In this document: piece by piece, positions 26,201 to 40,100 of the stretch
How positions within the stretch are numbered: the first letter of the stretch is position 1
Layout: every line of letters starts with the position of its first letter
Source of the DNA: Macrostomum lignano
Taxonomy: Eukaryota
Direction: 5' to 3'
Length of the DNA stretch: 64,000 bases
Assembly: GCA_002269645.1 (NCBI GenBank)
Contig: NIVC01000413.1
Span: 310,001 to 374,000, forward strand
Notes under the pieces: generated by a model
Seen by the model: the letters and a program-made list of their open reading frames with translations, nothing else
What the model was told of the DNA's origin: nothing
Database searches by the model: none
Position numbers and translations under genes: made by a program

Positions 26201-29200
26201 ATTGAATCAATTGATTGCGCAACCGATTTCAAAGTCAGTCAGTATCAGTCTCGGGTAAAGTGAACAAAAAGATTGCGCAATTTAAATCAACCCTCCAGTA
26301 CACAGAGACCGGCCCCTTTTCAATACGCAGTGGCAGTTAGAAATTGAACCTGGGTGTTGGGGGCATTGAACTAAAAATGAGTACAATCTTTGCAGAAAGC
26401 TAAAAGTATGGAAATAGTTTTTGTATGCTGTGCTTTTAGTCTTTATATTTAAAGCAAACAACTTATATCCCCGAACTCAGCGTTGCAAGATCTTGCCAGC
26501 AATATAAGTTTCTCCTCTCAAAGTTTAAAACTCGAGGAACAGTTAGCGTTTGAAACTGTCTGATTTATAGCATTGAAGTATCGAGTGTACGTTCACTGCC
26601 TGCTTGCAAGTTGATGCATTGAATTTCAATGTCCAACAAATACACAGGGCTGCCCATTGAGAGGCAGGAAAACTTATCAGTAGCCATATCATTGCGCAAT
26701 TATCTATAAAGTCAGCCAGTGAGCCAGGGTCCAAGTGTACACACGCAGCCACTGAGAACGCTCCCACCCCCCACTGGAAAGAAAATACACTACAGAGATA
26801 GGGAAAAGTTGTGGCGCAATCACTAAAAATTCATGCATTTTTCAGCTCCAAGCAGAAAGAGGGGACAATTAAGATTATCAAAGGTCAAGATTCAAGTTTT
26901 CTGCTTTTTTGAGGATCTTAGAAATTAAAATTTCAGAATTAAAATAGCCTATAGCCGACCTCGGATAATTTCCAATCTTCCCATATAAGTTTCAACGCTG
27001 AGTTGCCACTATTCAAGGAGGAGTTGTCGAAATGACAGACACACAGACAGACATACAGACAAACAACGCGTCAACTTTAGTATATACGAGTGGAACTCCT
27101 CCTTCGGAGGATAAAGGGGAAGAACTCCCATCACCGGAATACCATTTGCTGAAATATCTATCAACTCAAATTCCATGTCTTGAACCCTATCTTCCAGATC
27201 GTCTCCAAATTCTTTACAAAACCTTTCAAAGACCATAGCTCAAAGACTCTCACGTCTCTCATATCTCCTCTCTCCTCTCTTCGCTGTTATCGTGACTCTC
27301 TTCTCTCTCCTCTCTCTCATCTCATCTCTACCCCTACTCACTTATTTATCTCTTCTCCCTCGTCTTTCGTCTGTACCCTCTCCTCTTGTCTCCTCTCTTC
27401 TCTCATATCTCTCCTCTTCACTTCTGTCTCCTGTCTCCTCTCTTCTCTCTTATCTCTCCCTCTTCTCTCCTCTCTCATATGTCATCTCTACTCACTTATC
27501 TATCGTCTCTCTTAACCCACTCTCTCTCTCTTCTCTTTTCTCTTCTCTCTGCTCTCATTTCTCATATCTCATATACGCTCTAACACTCTACTTTCTTGTC
27601 TCCCATCTTTCTTTCCTCCTTACCACTATCCCCTGTCTCTTCTCTTCTCTCTTTTCTATCCTCTCCATTCTCTCTTCTCTTCTCTCCTTTCTCTTTTCAT
27701 CTTCTCCCCTCTCTTCTCTAATCTCTAATCTCTTCTCTCTTATGTTTTCACTCATCTCTTCTCATCGCATCTCTCATCTCTCTTCTCCTCACTACTTTCC
27801 TCTCTACACTCTCTATCTCTAATATTTCATCTCTCTCCTCTCTCCTCTCTCTCTTCTCCTTTTGCTTCTCTCTCCCTCTTCATTCTCGCCTTACTCTCCT
27901 ATTCTCTCCCGTATGTCATCTCTAATCTCTCTTCTCTCATATCTACTCTCTTTTCTCTCCCATTGGAAGAACTCCCATCACCAGAATTCAATTCCCTGAA
28001 CTTCATTAGCTGAATTCCATGACCCGAGTTCCATCATCCAAGTCCTCTCCGAAGACAAAAAGTCCTCTCCGTGAAACTGGACTCAATCGAAATTTACTTC
28101 GTCAGACAGAACTCAACTCTCAGGATTCAGTGGCTAGGGTTAGGGTTAGGGTTAGGGTTAGAGCTACACACAGCTGCGTGTTGAAAGGCAGCGATAATAA
28201 AAAATTGAACTAATTGAAGCAACAGATTGCGCAATCGATTTCTCAATAAGTCAGTATCAGTCTGAGTTCAAGTTAACAAAATGATTGCGCAATTTAAATC
28301 AACCATCCAATACACAGCGACCGCCCCCCTTCCAATACGCAGTGGCAAGTAGACGTTGAACCCCCCAACTTTATCTCTGACCTGTCGCAAAAATAAGTAC
28401 AATCTTTGCAAAAGTATGGAAATCGTTTTTTGAATGCCGTATTTTTAGTTATTATCATATTTAAAGCAAACAACTTATATCCCCGAACTCAGCGCTGCAA
28501 GCTCTTTCCAGCAATAAAAGTCTCGTCTCTCAAAGTTCAAAAATCGAGCAACAGTTAGCGTTTGAAACTTTCTGATTTAAAGCATTGAAATATCGAGTGT
28601 ACGTTCACTGCCTGCAGCAGAGGGAGGCTCGCAAGTTTATTCATTGAATTTCACTGTCCAAAACTACACAGGGCAGCCTATTGAAAATCAGAACACATAT
28701 CGTTGCGCAATTGTCTATCTATACAATCAGCCAGTGAGCTAGGGTCCGATTGTACACACGCAGCCACTGAGAATGCGACCATCCCCCACTGGAGAGAAAA
28801 TACACTGTAGAGATAGGAGACAGTTGTGGCGCAATCACTCAAAATTTATGCAAATTTTTAGCTCCAAACAGAAAGAGGGGACAATTAAGATTATCAAAGG
28901 TCAAGACCACCATTTTCTGCTTTTTTAGGGATCTTAAAATGTAAAAATGAAATATTAAAATAGCCTAAAGCCATCCTCAGAAAATTTTCAGTTTTCCAAT
29001 ATAAGTTTCAACGCTGAGTTGCAAGTATTCTAGGAGGAGTTATGCAACAGACAAACAAACACACAAACATCGCACCAACTTTAGTATATACAGATAGATA
29101 GACGAGGCCAACTCCTCCTTCGGAGAAGAAGGGGGAGGAACTCCAATCAGCGGAATTCCATTCCCTGAACTCCATCAGCGGAATCCCATTTTCCAACACC

Positions 29201-32200
29201 TCTCCGCGCAACAGAAATCGTCTCCGTGAAACTGAACACTATCGAAATCCTCTCCGTGAAACTGAACACCATCGAAATATTCTCCGCGAAATAGAAATCC
29301 TCTCCGTGAAACTGGACTAAATCGAAATTTCTACGTCAAACAGCCCAGCTCTCAGAATTCATTGGTTAGGGTTAGGGTTAGGGTTGACAGCTGCGTGTTG
29401 AAAGGCGCCGTAAAAACATTGAACCAATTAAATTGCGCAACTTATTTCTCAGGCAGTCAGTATCAGCCTCAGTTAAAGTTAACAAAAAGATTGCGCAATC
29501 TAAATCAACCCTCAAATACACAGCAACCGACCCCCCTTCCAATACGCAGTGCAGCTAGAAATTGAACTCCCCCCCACCAACTATTGGGGGGTCGGTCGAA
29601 CCCCCATTGAACTCCAAAATGAGCACAATCTTTGCAGAAAGCTAAAAGTATGAAAATCTTTTCTTGAATGCTGTCAATTTAATTTTCATATTTAAAGTTT
29701 CCTCTCCGTGAAACTGGACTAAATCGAAATTTCTACGTCAAACAGCCCAGCTCTCAGAATTCATTGGTTAGGGTTAGGGTTAGGGTTGACAGCTGCGTGT
29801 TGAAAGGCGCCGTAAAAACATTGAACCAATTAAATTGCGCAACTTATTTCTCAGGCAGTCAGTATCAGCCTCAGTTAAAGTTAACAAAAAGATTGCGCAA
29901 TCTAAATCAACCCTCAAATACACAGCAACCGACCCCCCTTCCAATACGCAGTGCAGCTAGAAATTGAACTCCCCCCCACCAACTATTGGGGGGTCGGTCG
30001 AACCCCCATTGAACTCCAAAATGAGCACAATCTTTGCAGAAAGCTAAAAGTATGAAAATTTTTTCTTGAATGCTGTGAATTTAATTTTCATATTTAAAGC
30101 AAAAAACTTATATCCCCGAACTCATTGCAGCAAGATCTTTCCAGCAATATAAGTCTCTCCTCTCTAAGTTCAAAACTCGAGCAACAGTTAGTGTTTGAAA
30201 CTTTCTGATTTTAAGCATTGAAATATCGAGTGTACGTTCACTGCCTGCTAAAGATGCTCGCAAGTTTATGCATTAAAATGCACTGAATTTCACTGTGCAA
30301 AAAATACACAGGGCTTTCTGTTAAAAAACAGAACACAAATAGTTGCGCAATTGTCTATAAAGTCAGTCAGTGAGCCAGGGTTCAAGTGTACACACGCAGC
30401 CACTGAGAACGCGACCATCCCCCCACTTGAGAGAAAATACACTGCCAAGATAGAAAAATTTTATGGCGCAATCACTAAAATTGATGCAAATTTTCAGCTC
30501 CAAGCAGAAAGAGGGGACAATTAAGATTATCAAAGGTCAAGAACGCCATTTTCTGCTTTTTTAGGGATCTTAAAAATTGAAAATGAAAGATTAAAATAGC
30601 CTAAAGCCATCCTCGGAAATTTTTGCAGTTTTCCCATATAAGTTTCAACGCTGAGTTGCAAGTATTCTGGGGAGGAGTTATGCAACAAACGGACAAACAG
30701 ACAAACAGACAAACATCGCACCACTTTTAGTATTAAGACGAGGCCAACTCCTCCTTCGGAGAAGAAAGGGGAAGAACTCCAATCAGCGGAATTCCATTCC
30801 CTGAACTCCATCAGCGGAATCCCATTTTCCAACACCTCTCCGCGCAACAGAAATCGTCTCCGTGAAACTGAACACTATCGAAATCCTCTCCGTGAAACTG
30901 AACACCATCGAAATATTCTCCGCGAAATAGAAATCCTCTCCGTGAAACTGGACTAAATCGAAATTTCTCCGTCAAACAGCCCAGCTCTCAGAATTCATTG
31001 GTTAGGGTTAGGGTTAGGGTTAGAGCTACACACAGCTGCGTGTTGAAAGGCGCCGTAAAAACATTGAACCAATTAAATTGCGCAACTTATTTCTCAGGCA
31101 GTCAGTATCAGCGTCGGTTAAAGTTAACAAAAAGATTGCGCAATCTAAATCAGCCCTCCAATACACAGCAACCGACCCCCTTCCAATACGCAGTGCAGCT
31201 AGAAATTGAACCCCCCCTACTAACTATTGGGGGGGTCGGTCGAACCCCCATTGAACTCCAAAATGAGCACAATCTTTGCAGAAAGCTAAAAGTATGAAAA
31301 TCTTTTCTTGAATGCTGTGAATTTAATTTTCATATTTAAAGCAAAAAACTTATATCCCCGAACTCATCGCAGCAAGATCTTTCCAGCAATATAAGTCTCT
31401 CCTCTCTAAGTTCAAAACTCGAGCAACAGTTAGTGTTTGAAACTTTCTGATTTTAAGCATTGAAATATCGAGTGTACGTTCACTGCCTGCTAAAGATGCT
31501 CGCAAGTTTATGCATTAAAATGCACTGAATTTCACTGTGCAAAAAATACACAGGGCTTCCTGTTAAAAAACAGAACACAAATAGTTGCGCAATTGTCTAT
31601 AAAGTCAGCCAGTGAGCCAGGGTCCAATTGTACACACGCCGCCAATGAGAACGCGCCCATTCCCCCACAGGAGAGAAAATGCACTGGCGACATAGGAAAA
31701 AGTTGTGGCGTAATCACTCAAAATTCATGCAAATTTTCAGCTCCGAGCAGAAAGAGGGTACAATTAAGATTATCAAAGGTCAGAATTGCCGTTTTCTGCT
31801 TTTTTAGGGATCTTAAAATGTAAAAATAAAAGATTAAAATAGCCTAAAGCCATCCTCGGAAAATTTGCAGTTTTCCCACATAAGTTTCAACGCTGACTTG
31901 CAAGTATTCTAGGAGGAGTTATCCAACAAACACACACACACACGGACAAACAACGCACCAACTTTAGTATTAAGACGAGGCCAACTCCTCCTTCGGAGAA
32001 GAAAGGGGAAGAACTCCAATCAGCGGAATTCCATTCCCTGAACTCCATCAGCGGAATCCCATTTTCCAACACCTCTCCGCGCAACAGAAATCGTCTCCGT
32101 GAAACTGAACACTATCGAAATCCTCTCCGTGAAACTGAACACCATCGAAATATTCTCCGCGAAATAGAAATCCTCTCCGTGAAACTGGACTAAATCGAAA

Positions 32201-34000
32201 TTTCTCCGTCAAACAGCCCAGCTCTCAGAATTCATTGGTTAGGGTTAGGGTTAGGGTTAGAGCTACACACAGCTGCGTGTTGAAAGGCGCCGTAAAAACA
32301 TTGAACCAATTAAATTGCGCAACTTATTTCTCAGGCAGTCAGTATCAGCGTCGGTTAAAGTTAACAAAAAGATTGCGCAATCTAAATCAGCCCTCCAATA
32401 CACAGCAACCGACCCCCTTCCAATACGCAGTGCAGCTAGAAATTGAACCCCCCCTACTAACTATTGGGGGGGGGTCGGTCGAACCCCCATTGAACTCCAA
32501 AATGAGCAAAATCTTTGCAGAAAGCTAAAAGTATGAAAATCTTTTCTTGAATGCTGTGAATTTAATTTTCATATTTAAAGCAAAAAACTTATATCCCCGA
32601 ACTCATCGCAGCAAGATCTTTCCAGCAATATAAGTCTCTCCTCTCTAAGTTCAAAACTCGAGCAACAGTTAGTGTTTGAAACTTTCTGATTTTAAGCATT
32701 GAAATATCGAGTGTACGTTCACTGCCTGCTAAAGATGCTCGCAAGTTTATGCATTAAAATGCACTGAATTTCACTGTGCAAAAAATACACAGGGCTTCCT
32801 GTTAAAAAACAGAACACAAATAGTTGCGCAATTGTCTATAAAGTCAGCCAGTGAGCCAGGGTCCAATTGTACACACGCCGCCAATGAGAACGCGCCCATT
32901 CCCCCACAGGAGAGAAAATGCACTGGCGACATAGGAAAAAGTTGTGGCGTAATCACTCAAAATTCATGCAAATTTTCAGCTCCGAGCAGAAAGAGGGTAC
33001 AATTAAGATTATCAAAGGTCAGAATTGCCGTTTTCTGCTTTTTTAGGGATCTTAAAATGTAAAAATAAAAGATTAAAATAGCCTAAAGCCATCCTCGGAA
33101 AATTTGCAGTTTTCCCACATAAGTTTCAACGCTGACTTGCAAGTATTCTAGGAGGAGTTATCCAACAAACACACACACACACGGACAAACAACGCACCAA
33201 CTTTAGTATTAAGACGAGTGGAACTCCTCCTTCGGAGGAGAAAGGGGAAGAACTCCCATCACCGGAATTCCATTCCCTGAAATATCCATCAACTGAAATT
33301 CCATCTCTTGAACCCTATCTTCCAAATCGTCTCCAAATTCTTTACAAAACCTTTCAAAGACCATAGCTCAAAGACTCTCACGTCTCTCATATCTCCTCTC
33401 TCCTCTGTTCGCTATTATCGTGACTCTCTTCTCTCTCCTCTCTCTCATCTCATCTCTACCCCTACTCACTTATTTATCTCTTCTCCCTCGTCTTTCGTCT
33501 GTACCCTCTTTTGTCTCTTGTCTTGCTTCTTTTCTCTTATCTCTCCCTCTTCTCTTCTCTCTCATATGTCATCTCTACTCACTTATCTATCGTCTCTCCT
33601 AACCCTCTCTCTCTTTTCTCTTTTCTCTCCTCTCTGCTCTCATTTCTCAAATCTTATATACGCTCTCACACTCTCACACACACTCTCTCTCACGCTCTTA
33701 TCCCTCATCTATTCTCTCTCCTATCATCTCTCCTGTCTCCCTCTGCTATCTCATATCTCCCCTCTCATCTCCTCTCTCCTCTTCTCTTCTCTCTCCCTCT
33801 TCATTCTCGCCTTACTCTCCTATTTTCTCCCATATGTCATCTCTAATCTCTCCTCTCTCATATCTACTCTTTTCTATAATCTCTTTTCTCTTTTCTCTGA
33901 CTGACTGAAGGTACCAAATCCATCGAAATCCTCCGTCAAATAGAAATCCATCAAAATTCTCTCCGAGAAACAGAAATGTATCAAAATTTTCTTTGGGAAA
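17300..34000 (-). mobile_element. Head-to-tail array of non-autonomous Helitron-like units (1.2-2.7 kb) carrying (TTAGGG)3-5 and GA/CT tracts
   Basis: Minus-strand junction reads hairpin CTCCTCCGAAGGAGGAG, 5 nt, CTCG|TC-TATA..ACTAAAG..(CTGT)n. Plus-strand CGAG at 17769, 20496, 22907, 25103, 27087, 29103, 30739, 31976 and 33215. Confidence 0.75.
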
Positions 34001-34515
34001 CTGAAAGCCATCAAAATCGTCTCTGTGAAACAGAACTTTATCAAATAATACATTATATCTACATGACAAAAATATTAAGTTTTTAGTTATATTTATTACA
34101 TAAATTACATAGTCACAAAACACAATCCACAGCAACCGTTGAAGTCGATAAGCATTAGAAAGCTATGGTAGAGCATCGCAATACATGTTAAGATTGACAT
34201 CGGAAATAATAGGGGAAGGCGGAAATGCTACACCAAAAGCGAAGGGCAACGCATTCACTGACGAATGACCAAAAAAGTGACTGACAGGCATGACCGAGAA
34301 AGATTACAAAAAGAGAAAGTGCGACTTCCTGGGAACCCTACTACAGAAGCAGGAGCTATAATTTTATCTTCTAATAAATCGTTTGCATCGTAGAAACTAA
34401 TAATTCTGAATTAATTTTACCATGTTTGATTAAACTAACTAAACTAAATAGCTATTAAATAGTATGGTTACATGTGGTCGCAAAAAAGAAAGAAAACAGA
34501 AAGTCAGTTCAGTTC

Positions 34516-34911
34516 GCCGCAGCCGGGTCCTCCTTGGGCGCCGCCGCAGACTCCTCAGCCAGGGTATCGCTCTTGTCGGGCTCGTCCTGGCTGTGGGGTC
34601 GCTTGGCTGGTGGTTCCAAATTGAGCTCGACGGTTGCGAACAGAACTTGCTCCTGCTCTTGCACCAGGGCTTCCAGTCGCTCGCACTCTCTCTTCTTGCG
34701 CTCCAGCTCAGCCTCGGTGGCTGAGCCTTTGCTCAGCCACGACTTCGGCGAGTGATGCCTTGCTCTTCGATTCGTGTTGTAGTGTCTCGTGGTCCTCCTG
34801 AATTATTTCCGATGTCAATCTTAAGAATGTATTGAAGTGCTGCTCCATGGCTTTCTTCTGCTTGTCGAATTTCTCCAGGTTGCTGCCGGATTGTGTTGTG
34901 TGATGAGCCAT
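34516..34911 (-). pseudogene. Unknown small coiled-coil ORF (~130 aa) with one frameshift
   Basis: MAHHTTQ...LAEVVAEQRLSH, then a shifted frame EAELERKKRECERLEALVQEQEQ...PPAKRP...AAAN-stop. GC-rich coding-like island between AT-rich flanks. Confidence 0.45.
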
Positions 34912-36022
34912 AAGTTAATTAAGTTAGGTAAGTGAATAGAGTAAATTAAGAAAAAAATTTGGACGTTATTTTGGGAACAGATATTTTTTCAGATGAATGG
35001 CTGCTGTCACATTTATCGGGCTAGATTTGCACAGAACTGGTTTAGAACTGGTTGGGGTAGCCAGCTAAAGGTTTTAGCACCTTGAAAAAAATTGACAAAA
35101 AGGCCTGTGTCGAGATCAGGTAGAAAGGTCTGTAGGATTTTTTCATTTACTCGTAGACATTGCAGTCATTGTGTAGGGTAGGCCTGCAGCTGTGCACTGT
35201 GAGCGCATAGAGAAAATCCAAGAGTTTGGGGTTGATTGTTAGAGGGTTAAGCTTATTTACGCTATTGAGTCAATACACTGTTGTCGTGGTGGGGGCCGAT
35301 AGTTGTTGAGGTGTAAAGGTGCAGAGTGTCATTTTAAAGTTGATAGTTTAAAGTTTAAAGTTTGTTCTGTAGCCTACTGGGCATTCACTGTGTACACTGA
35401 ACCCTATCACTTCACCGCTCGCCACCCCCGCCACCCCGGCCCCAACACGGGTTATTTGAATTGAATAGTTGTCAGAAAATTTAAAGAATGATTTTTTCTT
35501 GAATGCTGTGCTTTTTGTTTTCATGTTTAAAGCAAGAAACTTATATCCCCGAACTCAGCGTTGCCAGCTCTTTCCAGCAATATAAGTCTCTTCTCTCAAA
35601 GTTTAAAACTCGAGGAACAGGTTGCGTTTGAAATTGCGTCTGTACTCTCTCCTGTATCTTTTCCCCCCTCTTTTCTCATATCTTTCCCCCCCTCTTTTCT
35701 CATATCTTCTCTCTCCTCTCTCCTCTACTCTCTCATCTCTCATCCCTCATCTCACTCTTCTTTCTCCTCTACTCTCTCCTATTATCTATTTCCTTCCTAT
35801 TAACTTTAACTTTAATAAATTATCTCTTGTAGACATTCTGATCAATGCTTGGCAGTTAGTTGTTTTGATAACGGAGTCTAATTTTCTTTGCATTAACTGG
35901 TTTTTCGTACTCCATATCGCTTTCCCTACTGAGGAGCTTTGCAATATCCCCTCAAATCCCTGCACTCCTGTCACTCCCTCACCATTTGAAATATCCCATC
36001 AGAACTCTGCACCCCTGTGACC

Positions 36023-36184
36023 CAGGGGCGTAGGGAGGGGGGAGTTAGGGGGGATGTATCCCCCCGAAGAGCCTGACCAAAACTTTTTTGTTGCCCTTTG
36101 TTGCTATACATGCTACCACGTGACTCTGCATAGCACTTTTACCTTGGTGTATCCCTCCGTAGGAAATTCCTGGCTACGCCCCTG
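36023..36184. mobile_element. Short hAT-like MITE
   Basis: TIR CAGGGGCGTAG...CTACGCCCCTG. No clean 8-bp TSD. Confidence 0.6.
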
Positions 36185-37159
36185 CCCCTGTCACGATCCC
36201 TCACCATTTGAATATCTCCAAGGAAGAAAGTCTCATTCGCTAAGTAATTTCGTGTAAATGATTAAGGCAAGTCGGAGACGAAAGTTATTAATTGAAATTT
36301 ATTAGAAAAGGCCTCAACACGTGTAAGTTTGAAGATTTCCTGCCCTTCTGTGCCTCATTTCACGAAGCCACATGTGTTCAGTTATGACTTAAAAAGGCGT
36401 TTTGACATTGTGTAGAAGCAGGTATTAAAGTTTAGCAATTGATTTGAGATTTAGTAATATATAGTGATGATATAAGCTGTAACAATCATACATTGAAGGA
36501 AATTTGTGAAGAGGCCTTTTTCATATAATTACTATTTGTATTTACATTGAAAAATTTAGAATTGTACATTATTTTACTTTAGTGACGCAGAAAAGTTAAA
36601 AAGCATAATAAAAATAGCAGTAGAAGTATCGAGCTGGGATTTTTATATAGGAAGTGAAAAATATGAAAGTGCTTAATTGTAGCAACTAAATTTTAATAAC
36701 AATTTTCCATCGCTTAGTTCTACTGATAGAAAATTTTGGCAAATAGCTATTTACAACCTGGGGAATGTATTTGTACGCATGATAATGGAGGGCATCCTGA
36801 AAAAAATAATTTGTAGAGAAAGGATAAAGTGAATTTGATAAATTCCTCGACAATTCTATGTGGCTGATAGAATCCCCATATGGAACAGTTAATTGACAGT
36901 CTTGAATAGCTAGCAGCGAATTTTTCTAGCTTAGCGGGAATTTTCACAAAGGAGCCAAAATTGCCGAGTTGCTATGAATTTCGACACGGCGTATGTAATT
37001 TTTGATGCCCTGAATTATCAAAGGGAATATTTGAATGGGTGAAATACAAATGTATGAGAAATATACAATAAATGAAAGATGGCATACAAAATTCATGAGG
37101 CACCCGATCAGGGCAAGCACGATAAAACACTTGATCAGATTGAAGCAATTGCACGGAGC

Positions 37160-40100
37160 TGCAGCTGGGCGCAAATTGGTCACAGCTTGGGCTTCAGCGA
37201 CTCCGAAGGCTGTCCAGGGGACTCTGGCCGGTGGCGTCCTCAGCTACCGGCGTGTCGACCCTCAGATCCCTGAGCAGCAACGGGCCATTGGGACAGCAGC
37301 AACGGGCGGGCTGATGGCACATTCAGCTCGGGTCGATGTTGAGAGGCCAGTCGTTGAAGTCAAGTTTGAGCAGCTCCGGCGGGAAGGAAAATGAGGGGAG
37401 ACTTTAAAGCATGAATCAAGTGTTCTAGGGCTATAAAAATCTTTTAATGTTTTAATATTAAAAAGCAATAAAAAAGTGGGGCTTGATCGGGTGCAAATAA
37501 ATTAATAGAAAGTGCGAAATATCAGTCTAGCCTGCAGCAGGGCGTTTCAGATGTTAATCTTAATTTCAAAATTTCATTATTTACTCGTATACTGCACGTG
37601 AAGCATTATTTGCTGTTAAATTTTTAGTTTGAACTTGCAAATTATAGCTTAAATAGAAATTAAGTTATAGATATTTTACTTTTGGCTGAGCTGCAGCCCA
37701 GACTTATTATTTACAATGACAAATCCGGCAAAAGAAGGACACGAACCCGGTCACCTCGGCGCGCTGCTTTGCCTGCGAGGGAGCTGTCGCAGGTCAGTGT
37801 TGCGCGCCGCGGGATGAAGGCCGACCGCCTTTGAAACTGGGCCGCAGCGACCACGGCGACCAGTTCATTGTCCCGCAGATCTCGATGAAGTAACCGGGCT
37901 CTATGTCAGCGGCGAGGTCAGAAGTTGCGTGCTAGGGTGAGAAAATAAAAATTTAGCAGTCAAATTGAGTATGAAAATTAGAGTCAATTTCCCTTATAGA
38001 CTCCCTAAGCATCTATGTCGGCTACCTTCAGACTTAAATTTTTACTTCTAATTTCTATATTGCCGGTATTGCCAAATTTATATTTCGGGTCACCCAAAAA
38101 AGTACAGGCTGAAATACACTAAATTCAGCTGACGACACTAAAATATGTATTTAGGGATTGAACAATTGAACTTACCAATGAGCTGCCGCAGTACGATGTT
38201 CTGCGTCCGACCGCCTGGGCGCGCACCTTGACGCCCGATGCACTCCGCGCACGACTCAGAGCCACGTAGAGCTGGCCGTGCTGAAAGCAGCCCGTCGTCA
38301 GGTCGACGGCGTAGGTGCTCAGCGATTGGCCCTGGCTCTTGTGGATGGTCATGGCGAAGCATGGCCGGATTGGAAACTGCAGGCGGCGGAACGTGAAGGG
38401 CAGCTCAGCAGGACTCGGCTCCTGTGGGATTCGCGGGATGAACACCTGTCGCCCACGGTAGATGCCAGTGGCGACCTCCGCGAGCAGCACGTTGTCCCGC
38501 AGCTCACGCAGCAGCAGCCGGGTTCCGTTGCACAGCAGCGGTGGGTCGAGGTTCCGCATCATCATGACCGGCATGCCGACCTTGAGCTCCAGCCGGTGAT
38601 GCGGCAGGCCGTTGGGATCAAGTCGGTTCAGCAGCTCCGGTGGAAAATTGGTAGCTGCCACATCGTCGTTCGGAATTGAATCGACTGATAGATAGGCCCG
38701 ACTGTCTCCAGGAAAGAGCGCCAGGCAGGCGGCGTTGGTCTCGTCTACCGTCCTGTTGAGCGGCGACAGAATGCTCCGCTCCGCGAACATCTGGTCACGG
38801 TGCGGGCTTGGCTCGAACGACGGGTAGACGCGCCGGATGAGCTGCTCAGTGGTTGTGTCATCAGGCATGAGAATCTCGCTAGGTAGGGAAACCATGCCCT
38901 CTTCGTCCTCTGGTAGCTCTCCGTTGCCAACCTAATGGAATTGAGGAATAAAAGAGACATTTCACGTCATAGAGTTATTTATTTAGTCTCTGTAAGCATG
39001 CAGAAATCGATTTAGAAGAATATTGCACATATTTTGAAATTTGTTTTGGAACGTAGCTTATGAATGAAAAGCATTAATTTGAAAGTTCGTGCAAAATAGT
39101 GAAGGAATTATTTTCTCACCTGCATAAGAAAATCTGCGTAGCTTTTGGCATCAGAGTCGCTCTCGAGCCGCAGATTTCTGGTCAAGTGGTGCTGCTGGAA
39201 ATGCGGCCACAAAGCCGACTGAGTCAGGCAGGCGTCGATCGTGTTCGCCTGCGTTCCTCCGGGCACTACAGCCAGCAGCTGGCGGAAGTCGCCGGCTAGC
39301 ACCAGCAGCGCTCCTCCGAACGGCTGCTCGACCCGCAGCAGATCTCGCAGAGACCGGTCCACGATCTCCAGGTCCTTGCGGTGCGTCATCGGTGCTTCAT
39401 CCCACACGATGATTCGCGCATTCCGCAGAATTTCTGCGAGCTTGCTCCGCCTGCCGATGGAGCAGAAGGCATGTCTTGCCGAACTGCGCAGACGGGTATC
39501 TTGAACCTGGGCGGAGAGGATGAAGATTCGGGTTGAACAGCAAAGCTCGATATGAATTGATTAGGAAACGGAAGCCGCTAAAATATGCAAGCAAAAGTCA
39601 CAAAAAGTGCCAGCAAAGCAGAAATAAAATCAAAAAGGGCGGCTCACGTTGAATGTGCGGTCCTTCCACCGGGAAGAATGGTCGCCGCAATTCCAGACGA
39701 TGCCACCGCTACAGCAATTTGACGCTTCGCTCGAGCAGAATTAAGCAGAAGCGTCAGCAAGAATGTCTTGCCCGTGCCGCCGGGAGCATCGATAAAGTAC
39801 AGACCGCCACCGCCGGCCTGCATGCTGGACTGAATGGCGTCGAAAATGGCCCGCTGCTCGCCAGTCAGGGTGCCGATTTGCGCCATGACTTTTGCCTGGA
39901 GCTCAACTGCTTCTTCGTTTGTCGGCAGGCAGTCAGTAAGTCGGTGGGTCTGGGAAAGAGAAAAGAAATTGCTTATAGAAGATTTTGTTTATCAGTTCTG
40001 CATTAAAGCTGCACTCTATAGCCTTCCTCAATAGTAAAATTTTCATATTACGTGATTATTTTTTCCGCATAAAGAGTACTGTAAGAAATGAAATTACAGA

